A stretch of 64,000 bases of DNA, from NCBI GenBank assembly GCA_977018835.1, contig OZ361256.1:5456001-5520000 (forward strand), read 5' to 3'. Origin of the DNA: Minutocellus sp. GHC0000111 (lineage: Eukaryota). Each line of letters starts with the position of its first letter. Positions within the stretch are counted from its first letter, which is position 1. Of the stretch, positions 25,401-34,976 are shown piece by piece. The position numbers and the translations under genes were made by a program. The notes beneath the pieces are model-generated. The model saw only the letters and a list, made by a program, of their open reading frames with translations, had not been told where the DNA came from and did no database searches.

Positions 25401-25684
25401 CCTACCAATGCACTCGCAACAATGCGCCCTTTTATCATTTGTTCATCTTGATCTCATTTTTACATTCTAGAATTCTTCTCTTTTCATTTCAATGTTGGAA
25501 TTGAATTTGAATAAATCTACACCTAAATCAAATTATTTTGGAAGTGTACTAAATTCATTCTTACTCCAACAATTTTTTTTGTGCTTTAGATACAAATTCA
25601 TGGTCGCCCTTTGTTGCTGTTCTGTGTGTTACTGGCTCTATAATGTGTTTTGAAGTCGAAGATAGTAAATTGTAATCTATTATG

Positions 25685-27074
25685 TCAAAATTTTGTCAGA
25701 GCGGTAAGCGTTTCCAAAATAGCCTCTTGTAAGTTACCACCAGCTGAGTCATCTTTTAATTGATACCCGCCTTCCAGACCCATCATTATTCGTGGGAGGT
25801 CTACATGTGGTCCTATTTCTCTACTCAAATGCTCTTTCAGCAATCGCATCATTCGGCCATAGTCTGCTGCCGTCAAATCACAAGATGCAAGCTCATCACT
25901 ACTTAAGGCATCATATCCCGCACACACTATGATGAGATCTGATTCCCATGTATTTCTTTTGTATATAAATGGCAATATCCTCTCTTCATATGGTAATTTG
26001 TATCCGCACGTCCATGAACTTTCTGGGGGAAGCGGCACCGTGAGTACATTGTCGTGTAATCCTGCAATTCCTCTCTTGGATCCAAGATAGGGAAAGGCCG
26101 GATATTGGTGAAGGCTAGCATATCGACAGCTGTCATAGCTCTGCATTATGTCAGCAACTCCCTGCCCATAATGAACGTCAAAGTCCAGTATTGATACTCT
26201 GCGATTGCTTCCTCCTGAACTTTGGATTGCATGAATAGCAGCTGCTGCGGCAAAGTTGAAAATGCAAAATCCATTTGCATTGCTTTTTGTAGCATGGTGT
26301 CCAGGCGGTCGAGTGAGGGCCATTGAATATGCAATGGAATCGCCAAAAGGATCACCGCCTGATAATAGCACATCATCTACCGCCCGAATCCAAGCTGCTG
26401 CGGCTCGAAGTAGTACGTTGAATGATTCGGTTGTCAGGTAGGTATGTGTCACCACCATCGTCGACATATCCAATAAAACCCAACGGATCTTTCCCTTCGT
26501 CAACTCGGCGTTGCCGGCAGGCGTTGCATTTGTCTTCTATGTTGTGTACATACTCTTCGGAATGAGCTAGGATTAGCATATTCCGAGCATGCGCAAGTTC
26601 ACATGACGAGAATGGTCGATGACCACATGCAGCTGTGCCACCACCAGCATTTTTCGGCAAATCCGCTACGTCGTACAATCTCAAGGAACCCCCAATGGCA
26701 CTTCCGTCAGTATCATCCATCTCATTGCGTAGCTTATTGACACAAGCGTCGATTCTTGCCGGCGACTCTGGGTGATATGTCCGATCCCGATGACAATCGT
26801 TCGTAGAATCAAAGTAGATGTTGATGTAGCGCTGTTCTGTAATGTCATCAGTAGCCGCGGCTGCTGCCCTGACAGGTACTGGTACCAACCGATTGGCGCA
26901 AGATTGGCGAATTCCGAATGCAGGTGGCAGAACTGTCGTCCTTGCAGTTGGGGGCAGAGCATGTAACCAATTCGATCTGAACAGATCTTTGGTCGAGCAG
27001 CCGGACGATCTTTGTAGTGGGAACGAGAACAAGGCGAGGACAAGCGGCCACAACGACGCCGATGCAAAATGCAT
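25685..27074 (-). pseudogene. Histone-deacetylase-family protein with signal peptide, frameshifted by a 4-bp duplication
   Basis: HPESPARI, RPPGHHA, NGFCIFN, DFDVHYGQG, AGYDAL, LEGGY, split over two frames. Removing one GGTA at 26437-26444 restores DGGDTYLTTESF. Confidence 0.8.
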
Positions 27075-27461
27075 CTCGAAACCTCGAAAAATAATTTTGC
27101 AAAACACTCGAGATTCGACCAGTGCATTTACACTCAGCCTGCGTCCCATCATCGAGGGGCAGCTGACTGCCTGGCGACGATGATTTCGCCGCAGGATCTT
27201 TCACTCGGCTCATAACCCGTTGGATTGTCCGAAGGATCCACATCCCGCGCCTACTTGAGTACATGTCATGTAGGAGCTAGCTATGCCACATCTGTACAAT
27301 GAAAGTTGGGAAAAACACTCATGTAACATGTGGTACAATTTATCAGCGGTTATGCTTTCTCTGAAGATCAAGATAATAGTAGGTGGGATAGTTTATGCAT
27401 GTGTTGTTTAGATCTACATGTAGATCTGCTATCATGCCGATTTGCCTTTTCCATCAACTTT

Positions 27462-28250
27462 CTAGCTCCCACGGTATGTTGAATAGGAGTACTTTGAAAC
27501 CAAAAATGGGACGTGGTAATGCATTGTTGCATCGTCGACTCCAAATCTTATTGGTACCTTAGACAGGAAGGGGATTCCATCTCGCTGTTTCATGTGCTGC
27601 TGCTCAATTCTGCCATCAAAGTATGCCGACACATGAAAGATCAGCTCGTATTCTCCAGCAAAGAAGTCGTCTCCAGATAAAAGTGATGATCCGTCGATCC
27701 TGCCATCTGCATTGGTTGTGAAAGTTCCAAGCTTTGTTCTTGTCTCGCCATCTGCATATTGACTCTCTTCATCTTTGGATGCATGTGCTGTTTGTATTCG
27801 ACACAGCACAATATGCATTCCTTCTGCTGGAATGCCATTTGCAGTGTCCAAAACATGTGTGGTCAAACACCCGCCGTCGCAAAAATACGTCTGCTTTTGT
27901 TTTGCTTCGTTTATGTCGGCGCTGGAATTAATGTCGACTCCTGTCGCCGCGGCATGATTTGTTCGTTCCGCAATAATTCTGCTACTTTGCTTCTTTGCCG
28001 CACCGGTACGAGACTTTCCATCTTCGTTTCGTCCTAGCAGTAGATCCGACGAATGCGGCAATCTGTCGATGGCTACAAAAATCAGCAGGCCCAGCAGCGA
28101 TACCAAAACCAGGCATAATATGCGACGCTGATGGCCCAGGGCTGCTTTGCGGCTGCTTTCGACGAAGTATGCTGACGCCGACGACGAGGACAAACTTCCG
28201 AGTAAGGCAGCATGCTCAGGCGAGCTGAGGAAGCGCCTCTGATTGGTCAT
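27462..28250 (-). CDS. 5-hydroxyisourate hydrolase (transthyretin-like) with N-terminal TM extension
   Basis: LTTHVLDTANGIPA, TNADGR, HYHVPFLVSKYSYSTYRGS (diagnostic YRGS C-terminus). Hydrophobic ILCLVLVSLLGLLIFVAI upstream. Confidence 0.9.
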   Translation of the reverse strand: MTNQRRFLSSPEHAALLGSLSSSSASAYFVESSRKAALGHQRRILCLVLVSLLGLLIFVAIDRLPHSSDLLLGRNEDGKSRTGAAKKQSSRIIAERTNHAAATGVDINSSADINEAKQKQTYFCDGGCLTTHVLDTANGIPAEGMHIVLCRIQTAHASKDEESQYADGETRTKLGTFTTNADGRIDGSSLLSGDDFFAGEYELIFHVSAYFDGRIEQQHMKQRDGIPFLSKVPIRFGVDDATMHYHVPFLVSKYSYSTYRGS

Positions 28251-28666
28251 GGTCGGCACCGCTTGCCTTATTTTGGCCGTCTCATCCTGGCATCAGGGGT
28301 GTATAAGAGAGCAAGACGTTAGCCGCCGATAATGAGGGGATTCGGTGGTAGTGATGGTGTGAGGCAGGCGGCGCGCTTTGTTCGTTTTCGCCTCGTGGCG
28401 GTTCCGCCATCAGCCCGCGGCCACGACGCACATTACCAATGTAGAATGAGGCTTTGTTTTAGAGGGACATTTTTTTCCCTTTTTCCGGAAATCCCCCTCC
28501 TTTTCTTTACCCTACCAACGGAGAGTGACGAACGAAGGGCGCTCACTGGCGAGCGTTGCTGCCTTGCTTTGCGACGCTTTGCCGCTCTGACCGTTCGTTT
28601 CCATCACCGCTTGCACTCTTGCGTTGCTTTGTTGTCCTGGAGACAGATACGAATAGAATAAGAAGA

Positions 28667-30340
28667 ATGAAGTTCACTGCCTCCGCCATCGCCCTCGCGG
28701 CCCCTCTCATGGCCAATGGTGCGTTCCATTTTTCTTGGAGATTCATTTATCGAGCTGGTCGAACGAAATGTGGAGGAGGTCTGACGCATGATGGCCAGCC
28801 AAGAAAATACGTCGAATTTCTGAGCTGCATCAGCGATTGCACTGACTCGGAGCAGGTGGAAGATGAGATGCGGCCAAGTGCTTGTTGGAGAATCAACGAA
28901 TTAGTATCTGGTCCAATTGCAGCGGTGCTATTCACTCGAAGCTGTCGTATCTCTGGCCATTTTCGAACTCAGCTGGTTTCGAGCACATCATGTGCTACTT
29001 TTCGACTACTGCAAGGACATATCGTCGTCGGTGATATGCATCCCATTGCGACCGTGATAGATACCATATGAGACCATCCCGAACAACAATGATTCCTAAC
29101 TACATTGATTCTTATATATCTTCCATTCTTCAATTTCTTGCTTGCAGCCTTTGCCCCCGTCCAGAACCTTGGCCTTACCACCAAGGTCGCCGCTCCCGTT
29201 TCGTCGGTCGGACCTGCCGGAACTCACGGTGCCTTCTGCCCCTGCGACGGATGCCTTGCCATTGCCCGCCATCCCGTGAGTTTTACCAACTAGAAGCATG
29301 TGTTGCATGTTTGCATGTTTTACACAAATATCTTTCACACATATTCTAACCCTCTTATCATGTTACTTTTTCCCTATACAAACCCCATGCAGTCCACCTG
29401 CGGCTGCGATGCCTGCGGCTCGACCGCTCTTCGCATGTCGGATGCCACCGCCGAGGTCCCCGCCGAGGTCGAGGCCATGGACGGCATCGCCTCGGACGAG
29501 GAGGCCCACAACGCCGAGCGTCCTGCCCGTTCCTCCATCAGCAAGAAGAAGGGCGGCGCCAAGTCCGGCACTCCCCTCGCTGATCTCGAGATCGGCTCCT
29601 CCGTCGAGGGCACCGTCAAGGCCGTCCAGGCCTACGGTGCCTTCCTCGACATTGGCGCCCAGACCGACGCCCTCCTGCACGTGTCGCGCATCTCCGACGA
29701 CTTCATCTCCAACGTGGAGGACGTCGTCAAGGCCGGCGACAAGATCACCGTCCGCATCGTCAGCGTCGATGCCGACAAGGGACAGATCGCCGTCACTGCC
29801 CGCAGCGAGGAGGCCGAGAAGGCCGCCGCCGATCGTTCCGCCGGTGGCGGAGGACGTCGTCGCAACCGCCCCCAGCGCTCCGGTGGAGACCGCGAGGCCC
29901 AGAAGAAGACCCTGGCGGCTCTTTCCGATGCCGGATACGACGGTGACAAGTTCGTGGAAGGATCCGTTGCCTCCATCCTTGACTTTGGTGCCTTTGTTCG
30001 ATTCGATGTCTCCCAGCTTGCCGAGGGTGTTGAGGGTGAGCTCGATGGTCTGGTCCACATCTCGGCCCTTCAGGCCGGCCGTACCAATGCCGTCACCGAC
30101 GTTGTGTCTGTTGGCGATTCCGTCAAGGTCCGTGTCAAGAACCTCGACGTTGCCGGTGGCAAGGTCGGTCTTTCCATGATCTCCAAGGAGGACGAGCCCG
30201 CCCCCCGGGAGCGCAGGGAGCGCGCCCCCCGCAACCAGCGATGGAGTCCCGATGAGATGGGCGCCGCCGATTGGGCCGACACCATGAAGGACCTCGAACA
30301 GCCGACCTTTGTCAACGGGCCCGTGCTCATCGAACGCTAG
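28667..30340 (+). CDS. Plastid-targeted protein with two S1 RNA-binding domains (PSRP-7/ribosomal S1-like), 3 exons (28667-28718, 29148-29275, 29393-30340)
   Basis: Spliced N-terminus MKFTASAIALAAPLMANA-FAP...THGAFCPCDGC...HPSTCGCDAC.STALRM. S1 motifs YGAFLDIG..DALLHVSRI and FGAFVRF...DGLVHISAL. Confidence 0.88.
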
Positions 30341-30773
30341 ATTTTTGTGGAAGAAGCAATAATATCAAAGCAAGAAATGTAGCAACCACCCAACAAACAA
30401 AAGATACATTAGAATGTGGCAGATTCAATGCAAAGCAGCAATAAGATAACTTCTGTATAATTTTGTCTGATAATTTAAATGGAAATAGCAGTACCATCAG
30501 CTATCAGTCATCAGCTGCGGCGTGATTCAGTGTGCTTGCTTTGTTTGGTACCGGTATTGCAGTCGAAAGTTCGGATACTTTACCGGTACCAGACCATAAA
30601 TCGGTGATGGTGGCTGGGACGCGCGCTGAGAGCGCGGGACCAAAAAGCCCTTCGGTGCCATCCAAGTCAGAGGCTGACGAGCGAACCAAGAGTATCTAAC
30701 TACGTAGAAGCGACTGGATTCTTCCGTTTGTAACCAACCTAACCTTAAATCTTGCAGTATCGCCAGCTCAAAT

Positions 30774-31418
30774 ATGGCGCGCCTTTTCTCATTTATCGCC
30801 ACATCCACTCTCATCTTCCTACTTGCGATCTGCGCCCAAAACCCGGCTACAATTTTTGCGAGTGCGCAAAGTACCGGAGATGATCCATCGGAAGGAAGCA
30901 AGTGCCCGTCCAGTCTCAAGCTCAACCAAGAATTTGGCAGCGAAACAAAGAAGAATACTCGTTGCCTGGCCAACACATCGGGCGTCAAGTTGCTCATACA
31001 TATTCAACGACACTGTGCTATCGACGGCAGTGGCGGCTCCAGCGACAGCTCCGAGTGCACCGAATCACACGCCCTCAACGTCGCCGTCAACGCCATGAAG
31101 GACTACGAGGAGACGCATGGCATGAAACGCGGCAAGGATTATCACATCGCCATTGTCTTGAATGGCGAGGGCGCCATCTTTGGATTGGATCCTGATGCCG
31201 ACGATGCCAACGAGCGATCCACAGAAAATCATTCTCCCGAGGTTGTAAGCAAAGACCTCCTGGATCATGGCGTGTCGATCTATCTATGCCAAAATACCGC
31301 ACGCAGTATGGATATAAAGCTACACCAGCTTATCGATGGGGTCCAATTTGTTACTGCTGGAGTTACTGCCATTGGCGATCTCCAGTTGCAAGGCTATGCT
31401 TTATATACAGCATTGTAA
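30774..31418 (+). CDS. DsrE/DsrF-like family protein with signal peptide
   Basis: HIAIVLNGEG, GVSIYLCQNT (conserved Cys), GVQFVTAGVTAIGDLQLQGYALY. Intronless, hydrophobic N-terminus. Confidence 0.8.
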   Translation: MARLFSFIATSTLIFLLAICAQNPATIFASAQSTGDDPSEGSKCPSSLKLNQEFGSETKKNTRCLANTSGVKLLIHIQRHCAIDGSGGSSDSSECTESHALNVAVNAMKDYEETHGMKRGKDYHIAIVLNGEGAIFGLDPDADDANERSTENHSPEVVSKDLLDHGVSIYLCQNTARSMDIKLHQLIDGVQFVTAGVTAIGDLQLQGYALYTAL

Positions 31419-31697
31419 CTGCAGGCAGGCGCCTCATTTCTGCCTCTGCCGAAGTTCTTGTCGATCTCTATGTGTTGACCCAAATTTGAGTATAAGAATA
31501 GCACCTAAATTAGCGTATGATCTTCTTATCTGTTGATGTACAAAAATATATGCCTTGGCTTTGCAATTATCGCCTTGCTCTCGCTCTGATGAAGGTCTTC
31601 ACTGACACTCATCATTTATGATATCCGACCGATATTCAAATAATGTATTACCGATGGCCCTCTCGATAGCTTCCTTATCGGTATCATTTTTCACCGC

Positions 31698-32504
31698 TTA
31701 TTGGGAAACACCGGCGCAAGTAGCGCATGCGCAGCCAGCAGCGTGGGCCGAGGGGGCACAGGCAGCACATGCGCAGTTGGCGGGGTGGGCAGAAGTACTG
31801 CACGCAGAGCAGGTGCAGAAGGCACCGTGAGTGCTGGCACTGCATGCCGAGCAACCGCAATCATCACCGTGAGACGACATTTTGAGGCTAGTGGAACTGC
31901 ATGATGCGCAAGTGCACGTTGCCGAATGAGAGGCAGTGCACGCCGAGCAGCCGCAGGTGCTGGGATGAGCGGCCGAGGCACATCCAGGGCAAAGGCAGCC
32001 GGCAGCATCATGAGTCGACGAGGTGGCGACCGACTTGCCAGAGGTGGCCGGTCCACAGGTACGGCAAAGGCCATTCGACACCGAGGGTGCAAAAGCTGTG
32101 GTGTGAAGAAAATGCAATTATATAACGGTGTAACGGTGAGAACGATGAACATGATTGTGATCGATCGGACAATGTCCGAGGCTATTGCAAAAAGTCAAGG
32201 AATTGAAACTAGAACACGTCCTCATTTATTGATCCTGCTCATATCTTGTCCAATTCAAACCCATGCAAACGCCAATTAGGAGCAAGATGCTGCGTTCCAC
32301 CATGCATAATACATCGGGAGGAAGAGCCCGCAAGCACTCGTCACAATCACTTCCTGATTGAACCAATTCCTCCTCTTCATGTTGTATCTTTCGTCCGTTC
32401 GAGCCCAACTTCGCCGGCACAAAAAGTGAAGCGAGCCAAATGCGCAACTCACCCGAAACCGAAGCGGCTGAAGCGACGGTGAGGAACGAGGCGGCAACCT
32501 TCAT
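31698..32504 (-). CDS. Plastid-targeted metallothionein-like Cys/His-repeat protein, 149 aa, 2 exons (32504-32453, 32095-31698)
   Basis: Spliced MKVAASFLTVASAASVSA-FAP followed by 7 H-x3/4-C-x-C-x2-C modules; 23 Cys and 7 His. GT-AG intron 32096-32452. Confidence 0.82.
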
Positions 32505-33129
32505 CTTTATGCTATTCAATATCTTCAAACGATACGTAGCAACAACACCAATCTAACAGCGGGCAGAAGTTCCCCAAAGCAAGCGCAAGTGATACGACGT
32601 ACGACGTTGCTTGTTCCGCCGGGCAGTGTGGTAATGGGAATTTTTGTAGTTTTCGTTTAATTTTCATATCTATGAGGGACTGACGTGTTCCCAAATACTG
32701 TCTTCTAAGCGCGGCCGATTTGTCAAGCAGATTTCGTTCGCATTCTTCGTTCGCATTCTTTCGCCTTCTGAACGTTTCCAGCCTTCTGAGAGGCAGTCCA
32801 AAACAAGAGAGATTTTTGAAGGAAGCGAAAAACAGCCACGTCAGAAAACTTCCTTGGAAATTCGAGAGGGAAAAGCCCGCCAAAGCGATCAAGGCCGAAA
32901 CGAAAAAGAGGCAAGGATAAAAAACGAAGTGCTTGGCCAGACACTGGGCAAACCGATCGCGGAGACGATGATGCCAGGCGTTGGATGCATGTACCAGATA
33001 GATAGTATGATAATATGTGTACTCCTAGTTATATTTTGAAGCAAGATGCACAACAATCAGCCATTATTCTCGTGTTCGAGCAGTCAGCACAACACGTTTG
33101 CCCGCCCGCTACGTGTAGTTGTGCCAACG

Positions 33130-34542
33130 ATGGCGAGACCTCCTCATTCTCGACGTCGCCGTACCTCATTTGCTCGTGATAGACAAAATGATCGATTCTC
33201 TCATCTTGCAACGCTTGTAATCGTTCTTGATGAGGAAGAAGTGGAACATCTCGGTTCGAAACTTGGTTGTAAAAACATATCAAGAGTTCGGAAAAGCGTT
33301 GAGAAGATGATTCTCGAGCTCGGCATCAGCGCAAGAAAGGCATTGCGAATGGACCCCAATGCCTTTTACCATCTCCATGATGTTCTCGAGGCTGACATTG
33401 CTGCAAAGTTCAGTTCCCGAAAGGCTGGCGATGCCACTGGGGGTCAACTCGCTCCCAACGGTTTGGTGTCAACCAAGCTTCGGCTAAGTTGCGCCATACG
33501 ATACTTCGCCGGCGCGGCCGTGTACGATCTCATCCTTACTCACGGCATGGGACGATCGACCATATATCAATCCATATGGGGCATCGTAGACGTCATTAAT
33601 CAGAGCGATGATCTTGCACTCAATGCCGACAGTGCACCATTGCCGAGCAGGAAGACATTGCTGCTGGTTTTCTTGAAAAAAGTAGAGTTGGATTCGACAA
33701 TGTTATTGGTGCTATTGATGCAATGCTTGTTACAATTGATTTGCCCGATAAAGGCAGCTGCAGAGACATTGGAGTAGGTCAGAAGAATTTCCACTGCTCT
33801 AGGAAAGACAAGTATGGACTTGCACTACTTGCTACATGCGATAACGAGTGTCGATTTCGATGGGCCGATGTGTCCCAGCCTGGAAGATCATCGGACTACT
33901 TGGCATTCACCACATCGGAGTTACCGGCAGCGCTTGAAGATGGGCGAAATGGTGGCGATGGCGCCACGGAATCGGTTGTTGGTTGGCGGAGAAATGGCTC
34001 TTCGAGTGTGCGTGCAAAACCAGGATACATTGGTTGGTGATAATGCCTTCGTGAAGACTCATTGGATGGCTGTTCCATTTCCTGGAATAGTGGAATCACC
34101 AAAAGACGACTATAATTTCTTCCTCTCTCAGCTTCGCATAACAATCGAAAGAGCATTTGGAATTCTCATTCATCGCTGGGGAATACTTCGTCGACCCCTC
34201 GGTTGCCCCGTTCGAAAGGTAGGTGCACTCACAATGGCTCTCTTACGGTTGCACAACTTTTGCATCGACAACAATGGCAGGAACGTGCCAGGAAGCACGA
34301 CGAGAGACATTGCAAGAATTCATGAAAGGGCGGCAAGAAGGGTTAGAGGTCAGTCTGGTGAGGTGGTGGAGCTGGATCGCCATGGCCGGCCTGCCCAACT
34401 GCTTGGCCATGGCCATCACTTCACCGACCTTCCCAGAGGACGGCGGCCGGTTGTCGTCGGCGAGGACGAGATGACGCCGATGGATCTGATGGTCGAGGAG
34501 GTAGCGCAAAGCGGCCTTCGTCGACCAACTCGTAGGAACTAA
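33130..34542 (+). pseudogene. Harbinger/HARBI1-type DDE transposase with two frameshifts
   Basis: LRLSCAIRYFAG, IGAIDA (D), GRSSDYLAF, LVGDNAF (D), YNFFLSQLRITIERAFGIL (E), LHNFCI. Frames switch near 33640 and 34030. Confidence 0.9.
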
Positions 34543-34976
34543 TTTTAGATAAATTATTGATGTAAAAACAGATTGAAAATGATTTAGAAAATAGAACAAT
34601 AAAGTAGTAATAGAGCTTGTGGAAATCTACATGTACCGGCACATTGATATCCAACAGGTTATGAGCATGTATTTTATAAATTTAGCTTTGCCGTCATTTT
34701 TCAGCAATGATGGAATTGTGATCGTATGGGATGGGAGGATTATTCGGCATTGCAGCTCGAGTCCGTCGGTGGGTGAGAAAAATCGTGTGAACGGAATATT
34801 TTGGGGAACAACGGAACGATAAGCCTAGAATATGCTTTTAGGTGAGAACGGACTTTATGTTTCATTATTAATTTGTTGAGTTTAGCTACCGGTGCTCTAC
34901 ATGTAGATCAATAAACCAATTAGTTTTAGTAATATTCATGCAGGTAGAAAGGTGTGTCGCAAAAAATACAAGCAAA

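Noticed and set aside
24221..25504. ORFs within the satellites
   Set aside because: Arise from stop-poor, skewed repeat composition.
20220..25620. TIR/TSD for the Chapaev/RAG-like locus (CACAAA..TTTGTG; CACGAAGGG..CCCTTTGTTG)
   Set aside because: Matches too short or degenerate, with no flanking duplication.
28719..29147. snoRNA or riboswitch in the long signal-peptide introns (also 32096-32452, 38189-38583)
   Set aside because: No convincing box C/D, H/ACA or aptamer pattern, and no similarity among the introns by eye.
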